Shown here: piece after piece, positions 1 through 10,511 of the stretch
Layout of the letters: every line of letters starts with the position of its first letter
Position numbering within the stretch: position 1 is the first letter of the stretch
DNA from: Podarcis liolepis
Lineage: Eukaryota
Reading direction: 5' to 3' (one strand)
Assembly: GCA_965112155.1 (NCBI GenBank)
Contig: OZ218101.1
DNA length: 64,000 bases
Notes under the pieces: model-generated
Seen by the model: the letters and a program-made list of their open reading frames with translations, nothing else
Databases searched by the model: none
What the model was told of the DNA's origin: nothing
Position numbers and translations under genes: made by a program

Positions 1-713
1 TAGCAAAGTGCTTTGAAGTCAACGTGTTTGTGCAGCTTTGCAGGTGGAGATCTAAGCCTGAATCCATTTCCAACCCCCAGAAGATGTATATATAAACAGG
101 ATGGCGTGTTCTGATTTGATCTACAGTGCTTTTAAATGCTCACATTTCTCTGTTAAGTTCCTTTAATCTATCATTTGCAGTGTTTGTTTAGGGATATAAT
201 TGTGTATCCAATACTTCGTGATCATATCTATTTCATTCATACCTTTTTTTTAATAAAAGAAATCACATAAGCATTTTCAAATATTGTCAGTCAGTGTAAT
301 TGCTTCATATGTCTGCTTTACAGAATACTATACTTTACTGCCCTTAAGTTCATTTTTAATTGGGGTGCAGAGCTTTGAACAAGTCAATTATTATTTTTTA
401 TAGTAAACGGTAATTAATGTTTCATTTTATTTTATTAGGCTCATTTCATTCATCCTCATTGGAACTAATCCAGGCTTTTCTAAATATTGTACCTGTATTT
501 GTATACATGTGTGTGAGAGAGGGACAGAGAATATGAATGAATGGAGGCTTTGACTTGAAGCCAGAGAATTGTGTGACTATCTATGCGCACGTTCCATAGG
601 TTTTTAGACTAAACCCAGCCAGGCTTATGTGTCTTTGCCTTTTTATGTTTTTACTTCTTGATTTTACATACACTGTATCACTGAGAAGAATTTCTAAAAT
701 TAACTCAACAGTA

Positions 714-889
714 TAAAGGTAAACGGACCCCTGACCATTAGGTCCAATTGTGGCCGACTCTGGGGTTGCGGTGCTCATCTTGCTTTATTGGCCGAGGGAG
801 CCGGCGTACAGCTTCCGGGTCATGTGGCCAGCATGACTAAGCCACTTCCGGCTAACCAGAGCAGCACACAGAAACACAATTTACCTTCC
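714..889 (-). mobile_element. Sauria (Squam1) SINE, 3' half only
   Basis: Near-identical to the 3' half of the full copy at 25203-25552, with the (ACCTTT)n tail on the minus strand. Confidence 0.85.
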
Positions 890-895
890 AATGTA

Positions 896-941
896 TTAAT
901 AATAATAATAATAATAATGATAATAATAATAATAATAATAA
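896..941. repeat. (AAT)n microsatellite
   Basis: Direct reading. Confidence 0.95.
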
Positions 942-1483
942 AGATGTAGAACCTCCTTGGTGATGATTTGAGAAATGCATGAAACCATATAAAACCTACT
1001 GGTGATATAATGGAGCCTGTAGTATTCTGGCCCACATGATGCAAGGTTGTGTCCAGTTTCTCAACTGAACTAAACACATGAACCAACTTTGTCTTTCAGT
1101 AGTTCATGAAGTAAAGGACATGTTTAGCTGAAATACTTAGAAAATACGAAGGTGACTTGATTGATACGGGGGCGGGGGGAGAGTAGAAGGCACAGATTCT
1201 TGACTGCGAGAGAAATGAAAGAAGACAACGTAAGATAACCTTAAGTGAAGCAGAGACAGCAGGAAGGAGAAATAGAAAAGGAAAGAGAAGAGATTTGGTT
1301 GTGAGCAGGAAAAGCAAAGTCCTTCAGTATAAAGACTAGGGCTTTCCTTTCCTTTGCTGTTTTGTAGGAACATTTTGTACAAAGATTACCATAATAAAAG
1401 TCAAAAGTGGAAAGGACCTAACAGAAGCAGAAGACATCAAGAAGAGGTGGCAAGAATACACAGAGGAATTATACCAGAAAGAT

Positions 1484-2546
1484 ATGTATGTCTCGTACAC
1501 CCCAGATAGTGTGGTTGCTGACCTTGAGCCAGACATCCTGGAGAGTGAAGTCAAATGGGCCTTAGAAAGCACTGCTAATAACAAGGCCAGTGGAAGTGAT
1601 GATATTCCAGCTGAGCTATTTAAAATTTTAAATGATGATGCTGTTAAGGTGCTACACTCAATATGCCAGCAAATTTGGAAAACTCAGCAGTGGCCAGAGG
1701 ATTGGAGAAGATCAGTCTACATCCCAATCCCAAAGAAGGGCAGTGCCAAAGAATGCTCCAACTACCGCACAATTGCACTCATTTCACACGCTAGCAAGGT
1801 TATGCTTAAAATTCTACAAGGCAGGCTTAAGCAGTATGTGGACCGAGAACTCCCAGAAGTGCAAGCTGGATTTCGAAGGGGCAGAGAAACCAGAGACCAA
1901 ATTGCAAACATGCGCTGGATTATGGAGAAAGCTAGAGAGTTCCAGAAAGACATCTACTTCTGCTTCATTGACTATGCAAAAGCCTTTGACTGTGTCGACC
2001 ACAGCAAACTATGGCAAGTTCTTAAAGAAATGGGAGTGCCTGATCACCTCATCTGTCTCCTGAGAAATCTCTATGTGGGACAAGAAGCTACAGTTAGAAC
2101 TGGATATGGAACAACTGATTGGTTCAAAATTGGGAAAGGAGTACGGCAAGGCTGTATATTGTCTCCCGGCTTATTTAACTTATATGCAGAATTCATCATG
2201 CGAAAGGCTGGGCTGGATGAATCCCAAGCTGGAATTAAGATCGCCGGAAGAAATATCAACAACCTCAGATATGCAGATGACACAACCTTGATGGCAGAAA
2301 GTGAGGAGGAATTAAAGAACCTTTTAATGAGGGTGAAAGAGGAGAGCGCAAAATATGGTCTGAAGCTCAACATCAAAAAAACGAAGATCATGGCCACTGG
2401 TCCCATCACCTCCTGGCAAATAGAAGGGGAAGAATTGGAGGCAGTGAGAGATTTTACTTTCTTGGGCTCCATGATCAATGCAGATAGTGACAGTCACGAA
2501 ATTAAAAGACGCCTGCTCCTTGGGAGAAAGGCGTTGGCAAACTTAG
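1484..2546 (+). pseudogene. BovB reverse transcriptase remnant (open frame up to the SINE insertion)
   Basis: ORF 1484-2587 contains QAGFR, FIDYAKAFD, GVRQGCILSP, LRYADD and GLKLN motifs. The endonuclease domain is missing and the C-terminus is disrupted. Confidence 0.92.
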
Positions 2547-2911
2547 GTAAAGTTAAAGGTACCCCTGCCCGTACGGGCCAGTCTTGACAGACTCTAGGGT
2601 TGTGCGCTAATCTCACTCTAGAGGCCGGGAGCCGGCGCCGTCCGCAGACGCTTCCGGGTCACATGGCCAGTGTGACATTTCTGCTCTGGTGAGCCTGCAC
2701 CAGCGCAGCACACGGAACGCCGTTTACCTTCCCGCTATAAAGCGGTACCTATTTATCTACTTGCACTTTAAGCGTGCTTTCGAACTGCTAGGTGGGCAGG
2801 AGCAGGGACCGAACGACGGGAGCTCACCCCGCCGCGGGGATTCGAACCGCCGACCATACGATCGGCAAGTCCTAGGCACTGTGGTTTTACCCACAGCGCC
2901 ACCCGCGTCCC
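2547..2911 (-). mobile_element. Full-length Sauria SINE nested in BovB
   Basis: Head GGGACGCGGGTGGCGCTGTGG on the minus strand. 13-bp TSD ttggcaaac(t/c)tag at 2534-2546 and 2912-2924. Confidence 0.93.
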
Positions 2912-3489
2912 TTGGCAAACCTAGACAGCATATTAAAAAGCAGAGACGTCACCTTGCCAACAAAGGTCCGTATAGTTAAAGCCATGGTTTTCCCAGTAGT
3001 AATGTATGGAAGTGAGAGCTGGACCATAAAGAAGGCTGATTGATGCTTTTGAATTATGGTGCTGGAGGAGACTCTTGAGAGTCCCATGGGCTGCAAGAAG
3101 ATCAAACGCATCCATTCTTAAGGAAATTAGCCCTGGCTGCTCACTGGAAGGACAGATCCTGAAGCTGAGGCTCCAATACTTTGGCCACCTTATGAGAAGA
3201 GAAGACTCCCTGGAAAAGACCCTGATGTTGGGAAAGATGGAGGGCACAAGGAGAAGGGGACGACAGAGGACAAGATGGTTGGACAGTGTTCTTGAAGCGA
3301 CAAACATGAGTCTGACCAAGCTGCGGGAGGCAGTGGAAGACAGGAGTGCCTGGCGTGCTCTGGTCCATGGGGTCACGAAGAGTCGGACACAACTAAACAA
3401 CAACAACAACAACAGGATGGGGTAGGAGAAGGATGTGCTTTTTTTAAAAAAAAAATACTGCCCCATTTTCACGGGCATGTCTCTGATTA

Positions 3490-4358
3490 TGTGCATCTAC
3501 AGAGAATGACCGCTCCCCACATCAAATGGGGGGCGCCTTTTGTGTGGTTGCGCGCAGCCCCCCGGATCCCAGTGCGGCTCCTGGTAGTTCAGGTCATCTT
3601 CCCCCGGCTGGATACCTGGAGGTCTCTGCCTACCTCCGCCAATCGCCCAATCCTGCCTGGGGAGGCGTTGCCAGGGGATCGGCCAGGTAAGGGGAGGGAC
3701 CATCCTGCCCACACAACAGAAGGTGAATCCTACCTGCGAAGTGTCAGTTGGCTCCAGAGCTTCTCCCACCCTGCCCTCCCTCAGTTAAGTCTTCTTTTGC
3801 AGCTTAACCTCTTCTCCACAGGTACGCAGGCACTACTACATCAGGGCCAGAAAGGAATTTTCCTGCATCAACAGGTTTTGCCTTTTCTGTAGCAAAACGT
3901 CACAGCTTTGGTGGTTTCAGGCCTTGGGCGGAATCCTTTAGTCTATCTTCCTAAATGGGGACGGGGTGAAGCGGTGACATCCCCCCCCTTGTGGCAGTGA
4001 TCCCAGAGTTCCCCGTTAAAGGGGTATTGAGGGGAGGCATTGGCCATACGCCGAGAGCTTGTCATTGCTCTCCCCTCCGGCAGCGAAACGGGGAGTGGGC
4101 TCTCTGCTTGAACATATGTTCTCCAGAGCCAGCCCAATCCACACACACTCTGGATAACCCTGATGTCTCCCAGATCCTCGGCTGAGGACTGGGAAGGATA
4201 AATGCCCAATGCCTGAGCCAAGGTCTCCCTACATCTGAAATTTAATAAAATTGTGGCCAATTTTAATCCCATAGCATGCCCATAGCATGTTGTCTTGAGT
4301 CATTATTCCACTCGGGTGTCGCCTGGGGTTGGGGGGGGGGACTCTGCCTGTCCACGCA
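3490..4358 (+). mobile_element. GC-rich terminal-repeat-like element (solo LTR or DIRS-like), boundaries approximate
   Basis: Abrupt GC/CpG-rich block, AATAAA near 4244 followed by a GT-rich stretch, and TG...CA candidate ends. No TSD found. Confidence 0.4.
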
Positions 4359-5240
4359 GCTAAATTTGGCAGTTGTATAGGAGGCACATTTCACTAAAAA
4401 CATGAGGTCTGGCTTAAAAAAAAAACAAAAAAACTTTTGACTGAAAGCTGTTTATAATTATTTTAAGAGTCTTCAGGGTACCAGACAATTATTATTTTTC
4501 TACTTTAAAATGTCTCAATTGCGTCCCATGATCGTTAAGACTTAATTTTTTGTATCTATAGCAAAAACTACTAATCATTCACTGATCTCCACTGAGCAGT
4601 AGTAGAAAAAGAAATGCTATTTTCGTATTCTGCACATCATGACTCTCATTAAAATCTCATAGAAATGATGCATTCTACTTGGGATACACCGATTATAAAA
4701 TAAATATGTCTGAGTTTGTGTTTTTGGGCTTGTGCCCTGGCTCCCAGTGGTAAACTTAGTCTATTAATGTCTGGTGCTTTAAAGAAACACAAAAGCCCTC
4801 AGGCTAGTTTTGTATTGCAATATCTCAGAATAGTGGCTGCATGTATTAATCAGAGCTTTCAAACGAAAGTAGTAGATTGTCCTTGATCTTCAGTAACTCG
4901 GGGCCAATGCATATAGCCACAAATGGGGCTTCTTATAAAAATCCATGCACACTTAAAAAACCCAATATGCCTGGATTAAATGTGCATGTAGAGGTAAAAC
5001 CCGCTGTGTAAAGTGCGAGTATGGTATACTGTCTGTTTCACAATCATGTAATAACTAAGTGAAGCACCATTATGGAATGCATCATTCTAATGTTAATGCT
5101 CATGCTATAGTTGTGAGAACATCACAGTGAAAGACCTAAAAGAAACAGAAATAGGACTGGTCTGCACAGCTTATTGTCTCACTGCCAGTGACCGACTGGG
5201 ACTAAAAATCAGCCCCAGCGTATGAAGCCCAGTGTGGCCC

Positions 5241-5376
5241 ACATGGAAGAGGGAACGTGCTTGGTTTATTCTGCTCTGCAGGGTAGGACTTGAACCAATG
5301 GCTTCAAGTTACAAGAAAGGAGATTCCGACTAAACACACGTAAAAACTTTCTGACAGTAAGAGCTGTTTGACAATG
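5241..5376 (+). mobile_element. CR1 LINE 3' ORF2 fragment
   Basis: aatggcttcaagttacaagaaaggagattccgactaaac...aactttctgacagtaagagc resembles the CR1 ORF2 C-terminal region. Confidence 0.7.
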
Positions 5377-5836
5377 CGCTAGCTAGCATAGCACCAGTTC
5401 TTTGAAAAGCTCATCTCTTCCCATTTAATCTAGTTCACCAGGGGGAATAAATATTTTACTGTTTGTAAAAAAATTTAGTCTGCTTTGCATCTTCTGTGTA
5501 AAATGATTTTTATTTATACACTGGGCATTTAAAAACAACAACAACCACCTGTAAGCTTGGAGAAATATCTCTATTCTCTTTTGAAACTACTCATCTGTAT
5601 CCTGATAAACATGTCATGTTGAAGCATGAACAGGATCTTGCTGGTATGATAGATCCTCGCCCGTCCCATCCCCATGGGCCATGTTAACAGGTGGGCGACT
5701 CTATGCACTTTGGTACTTTTCTTTCTTCTTTTGCAACCCAACTTGAAGGCAAGGCTTTAGGCAAGGGGTTGTCTGCACTATGGAGAACTCCTGTGGGAGG
5801 CCTTCCAGAGTTTAGGAACTCCCTAGTGAGGCTGAA

Positions 5837-6204
5837 GGGACGCGGGTGGCGCTGTGGGTAAAACCTCAGTGCCTAGACTTGCCGATCGTATGGTCAGCGG
5901 TTCGAATCCCCGCGGCGGGTTGAGCTCTCGTCTTTCGGTCCCAGCTCCTGCCCACCTAGCAGTTCGAAAGCACCCTTAAGTGCAAGTAGATAAATAGGTA
6001 CCGCTTTATAGCGGGAAGGTAAACGGCGTTTCCGTGTGCTGCGCTGGTGCTGGCTCGCCAGAGCAGCTTTATCACGCTGGCCACGTGACCCGGAAGTGTC
6101 TCCGGACAGCACTGGCCCCCGGCCTCTTAAGTGAGATGGGCGCATAACCCTAGAGTCGGACACGACAGGCCCGTACGGGCAGGGGTACCTTTACCTTTAC
6201 CTTT
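5837..6204 (+). mobile_element. Full-length Sauria SINE (same subfamily as 2547-2911)
   Basis: tRNA-like head with GGTTCGAATCC B box, BovB-like tail GAGTCGGACACGAC and (ACCTTT)n. 12-bp TSD tagtgaggctga at 5824-5835 and 6205-6216. Confidence 0.95.
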
Positions 6205-6999
6205 TAGTGAGGCTGATCCTAGTGTAGGGTTGCCACCTGTCCCTTATAATAAGGGATTGCCCCTTATTTCAAGGAAAAATGCTGCAACCTTTAAGGGACA
6301 CAGTTTGTCCCTTATTTCTGCCTTGTTTTCTTCTCCTTCCCTCCTCTGCTGAGGTGAGTGCTGAGCTCAGTTTCTCCTTCCCTACATCTCTACCAGCGCT
6401 ATTGCCTCCTTCCTGCCTGTCCGCATTCTCTGTCTCTGTCTGTCTGTCTCTCCTTTCCCTACCTCCCCCCCCCCATTATACTAAATCCAGTGAGTGACAC
6501 AGTTGCGGCCCAATGGATGGCCGCAGAGGACGGTGAGCGTTTGGGGATGGGATGTAGGGGCAGGGCTGAGAAAGAATGGAGTGACTTTGGAGGAGTCAGG
6601 GGGAGGGATTGCTTTGAAGTCATTTCTGCACGTAAGTGTCCAGCTGTATCAGACCACACTCTGGTCCATTATGCTGAGTCCCACAGCAGCCAGCCGCAGC
6701 CAAAATCTTCCAAGTACCCAGAAAATAGGATCTTGTTGCCAGGACACCATAGTCCCACCGTTTTAGATCTGCAGCTTGGCTCAAACTAGCCCTGCTCCAA
6801 ATCCCACCCCCTAGTTTTCGTTTCCATGAAAGAGGTGTTGTTTCTGTCTCTTTAGTGGAGAGCCGAAGAACTTCGAAGAAATTTTGTGGATTGGGTTGTG
6901 TGTGTGGTTCTGCTGCTGAGGTGGCCAAGCTGTCTTTTTTAATGGATGCACTTGTTTTTGTTTTAAATACTCTAAGGAGTATATTTAAATGCTCTAAGG

Positions 7000-7264
7000 C
7001 AGGGGTCGGCAACGTTTACCTCGCCTGGGCCGGTTCACTCCAGCGGAGATCCTTCCATGGGCCAGATTGCGCACCCGCCCGCGACTTCCGGTGTCTGTGC
7101 AGACACAATTTTCAGCGCCACGGAAGCAAGTCCCTGCACTGCGCTGGTTTAGCGCAGTGCACGATGACTCAAGCGGGTGGCTCGGTTTGGGGGCGGCTCG
7201 GAGGCCGGTTAAACAACCCCCATAGGCCCCTTGTGGTCCATGGGCTTTAGGTTGCCGACCCCTG
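7000..7264. mobile_element. Non-autonomous hAT MITE
   Basis: Perfect 14-bp TIR caggggtcggcaac and 8-bp TSD ctctaa(g/t)g. Same family as 33216-33495. Confidence 0.9.
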
Positions 7265-8544
7265 CTCTAATGATTGTAAGCCTAAAAATACATGTCAATG
7301 CATAGAGTTGTGTGTGTGCCTCAGAATCTCTTATGTGCTGAGTTTGTAAATTGTGCCATCATTTCATTTAAAAACTAGACACTCTGAAAATAATGCCCTG
7401 GGTTTAAAAAACCCCAAAAGTCTTCTGAAAATATATATATATATATATATTTGTATGCAACAAATGTGAGTGGAAGGCACTGTATGAAAGTGTATTAGGG
7501 CAATCCATAACAAATGTTAAATATAAAGGGAGAGGAATATAGCACTTGTGACAATTAATGTCAATACAGTTTGCAGATTGCTTGAAAGGACATTATAGTG
7601 TTGCACATACTTATGCAGCACAGCTCTTTGAAACAAAGCCATTTTTCTGCTTTCTAATGAATGCTGTATTGTTGGTCTACCTGATCAACAGAAAACCACT
7701 GTAAATAGGATTCCTCAAAATTTTATCTGTTTTTACCCAGTGGAGGAAATCCTGTCTAATATAATTAGATACCTGCAGGCATGTCAAAAATAATTGAAAC
7801 GTTTACGCTGAAGATCAATACATTCAAAATTTTGGCAGGAGAGTCTGCCACCTATATGACCCGAATATATTTTATATTTAAGACATTCAATTATATTTAG
7901 AAAGGTGCTGGGGGTTTTTAATTGATTGTGTATCACCCCACTGTATCACCCCACTGTATGTTTTAAAAGGCTCGTGCAAGACACAGAGATGTCTGACGAA
8001 TAGTATTTAAATGGTGGAAGGGAAAATACGATTGAAAGTGTATGTGTCTTATTGTCTATCCAGGTAGGGCTGCTGACAGCATCTCAAATAGCTTTCCTGT
8101 CGCCATGTGGGAGGTGATGGTAGTAGAGGTGGTAATAATGATGATGATGTGAGAAAATGTGTGCGTAAACAGATTTAATGACAAGTGACAGGGCTGCTGC
8201 TTTCACTGAGACACAGATGTAAAAATGAACAGCACCTAACCATCAACACCCCCACCTTTCCACTGGTCAGAGATATCCTTTTGGGGAAAGATAGCCAGCG
8301 AGGATTTCATAGTGCCCTAAGTGTATTGAAAGCATCCATTATTTTGTCAATTGCAAAGTTAAAATTGGCCAGCTTAGTTACTTTACCTAACCTCACTCCA
8401 ACATTGTAACCTCCTTTTTTTTAAAATTTCACATCCGAGTTCAAAAATATTTCAAGATGAAATGAAATCATTAATTTGGATTTAAACGGAAAAACTCAGG
8501 CAGAACTGGCTTCAACCAAGCAAAGAAAACAACAACATGGAGTT

Positions 8545-8597
<53 letters not shown>

Positions 8598-8648
8598 GGT
8601 TTTGGTGTCTTCGGGTGTCTTCCCGTGTAAGAGTTGGGGTGTCTAGGC

Positions 8649-8682
8649 GACGTTTCGACGAGGTCTCACTCGTCATCTTCAG
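8649..8682 (-). ncRNA. Minimal type I hammerhead ribozyme motif (inverted copy)
   Basis: Exact reverse complement of 8734-8767. Confidence 0.75.
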
Positions 8683-8733
8683 GCTGGTGCTTTCGGCTTC
8701 TTGTTACTGAAACAAGAAGCCGAAAGCACCAGC

Positions 8734-8767
8734 CTGAAGATGACGAGTGAGACCTCGTCGAAACGTC
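8734..8767 (+). ncRNA. Minimal type I hammerhead ribozyme motif
   Basis: CTGAAGA-T-GACGAG-tgagac-CTCGTC-GAAA-C-GTC: CUGANGA core, 6-bp stem II, GAAA, palindromic ACGT stem III and GUC triplet. Stem I is weak. Confidence 0.78.
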
Positions 8768-9391
8768 GCCTAGACACCCCAACTCTTACACGGGAAGACA
8801 CCCGAAGACACCAAAACCTGCATTCCTGTACCCGTGAAAATCTACGAAAGCATATAAAAAACCGACACCAGAACCAGAGGCACACAGAACGCCATCACCA
8901 ATCAACCACACCAGACCCAAACCCAGACCCTCTCCACAGATAAATTACAGACACCATCCAGTAGCCAAACCATAGTGGCACCTCCGGATGCTGCACCCCC
9001 CTGCTATCCCTACACAGATCTGGCTGGCACAGGGCACAAAACCACAGCTCGCCCCTATACACGAAGCCAAGCCAGAGCACAACTAAGTGCAGTACAGCCA
9101 TCTTCTCAGAAAAACTCTTCACAAGCTCAAGAGGTCAAGACACGAAAGCTTTAGCAACTAATCCACACTTAATGACCCACCTAAGTGGTACTCAGAATAT
9201 CACTCAAGAAATCACTCAAGATATCCCTCAAGTAATTAAGGAACAAAAGAAGAAAAGGCACACTAACCTGGGAACTTCCTCTCCGCCCAGAACGTTGGAG
9301 GCTATACACCACACCCCCTCAACAGTATTTATAGGAACTCAAACACTGAGATCCTGCTCTGTTCCAGTAACAAGAAGCCGAAAGCACCAGC

Positions 9392-9425
9392 CTGAAGATG
9401 ACGAGTGAGACCTCGTCGAAACGTC
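9392..9425 (+). ncRNA. Minimal type I hammerhead ribozyme motif (second direct copy)
   Basis: Identical to 8734-8767. A TATA-like TATTTATA lies upstream at 9326-9333. Confidence 0.78.
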
Positions 9426-9476
9426 GCCTAGACACCCCAACTCTTACACGGGAAGACACCCGAAGACACCAAAACC

Positions 9477-9523
<47 letters not shown>

Positions 9524-9846
9524 GCGCCTTGCGTAAAGGCACCATTTTTGTTGAGAAATATGTGATATTGGAAACAAGTGGTGGGATTTCTCAGTTCATC
9601 ATTAGTGTTTAAGTAGAAAGAGGCATGTGATTTTTCCACATAGGGGACACAATAGAAACAAAACAAAATCCATACAATTAAATATAGTACACTGATCTCG
9701 ATAGCCTAGCTTTCTCCAGAATACACCCATTGTTTATATGAGTCCTTCAGTATTTCCTAAATACATTGGGGGATTTTTCCATATGACTAATCAGATCTAT
9801 TAATTCCAGTAGGTTTACTTGAGTACAACTTAGTTGAGCCAAACTT

Positions 9847-10331
9847 AGTACCTTGATTCTCAAACGCCTTGGTACTCAAACAACTTGGAACCCAAACACT
9901 GCAAACCTGGAAGTGTTCCGGTTTGCGAACTTTTTTCGGAAGCTGAATATTGTTATGTTTCCGATTTGAGTGCCACACTTCCGTTTTGAGTGTCACATTG
10001 AGGTCTGTCTATTTATTTTGTGCTTTTGTTTTTGCGGCTCTCTTTGTTTTTGTGACTGCGTGGAACCCAGTTCAGCTACTGATTGATTGATTGATTGATT
10101 GATTGTGTGACTGCAGCACATTGTTTATTGCTTTCGTTTTATGGATCAATGGTCTCATTAGATAGTAAAATTCATGTTAAATTGCTGTTTTAGGGGTTGT
10201 TTTTAAAAGTCTGGAACAAATTAATCCATTTTGCATTACTTTCTATGGGAAAGCATGCCTTGGTTTTGGAACACTTTGGTTTTGGAATGGACTTCTGGAA
10301 CGGATTAAGTTTGAGAACCAAGGTACCACTG
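9847..10331 (-). mobile_element. Tc1/mariner (Tigger-like) MITE, left end eroded
   Basis: Right TIR ...aaccaaggtaccactg followed by TA, with internal (GATT)n. Reverse-complement match to 40143-40921. Confidence 0.82.
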
Positions 10332-10403
10332 TAAGTTCACAGTAGTGAGTTAAATGGACCAACTGTATGGCTGGAAGTAAGGCTATAACCTGTATTTGAC
10401 CCA

Positions 10404-10511
10404 ATAAAAAAATTCCTTCCAGTAGCACCTTAAAGACCAACTAAGTTAGTTCTTGGTATGAGCTCTCGTGTGCTTTCATGTGCATGCACACTTCTTCAGA
10501 CCCAGAAGAAG
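10404..10511 (-). mobile_element. Short remnant of a second Penelope-like family with a degenerate hammerhead
   Basis: Minus strand reads CTGAAGA-a-GTGTG-catg-CACAT-GAAA. A 12-bp direct repeat gtatttgaccca flanks it at 10392-10403 and 10512-10523. Confidence 0.7.

Larger units (their letters stand above)
1367..3413 (+). mobile_element. 5'-truncated BovB (RTE clade) LINE, interrupted by a SINE
   Basis: Frame from 1367 reads GTFCTK...DLTEAEDIKKRWQEYTEELY and continues into an RT domain. The BovB 3' end is present (GGGGTCACGAAGAGTCGGACACAACT plus a (CAA)n tail). A small deletion/frameshift lies near 3040. Confidence 0.95.
8547..9522 (+). mobile_element. Non-coding Penelope-like element (pseudo-LTR tandem plus inverted copy) inserted in a (TA)n tract
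   Basis: An identical ~113-117 nt unit occurs inverted at 8593-8709 and direct at 8711-8823 and 9365-9481. Each contains a hammerhead core. (TA)n flanks both sides and there is no RT or GIY-YIG ORF. Confidence 0.85.

Noticed and set aside
6505-6530. ccaatggatggc (PMDG), resembling the AFF degron-adjacent YVRPMDGQD motif
   Set aside because: Flanking codons (CG-PMDG-RR) do not match and there is no exon context, so it is a chance match.
8679-9666. ORFs 8679-8885, 8701-8943, 9172-9408 and 9319-9666 sharing peptide stretches
   Set aside because: The identity comes from the repeated ribozyme-bearing unit and (TA)n. There are no RT or GIY-YIG motifs.
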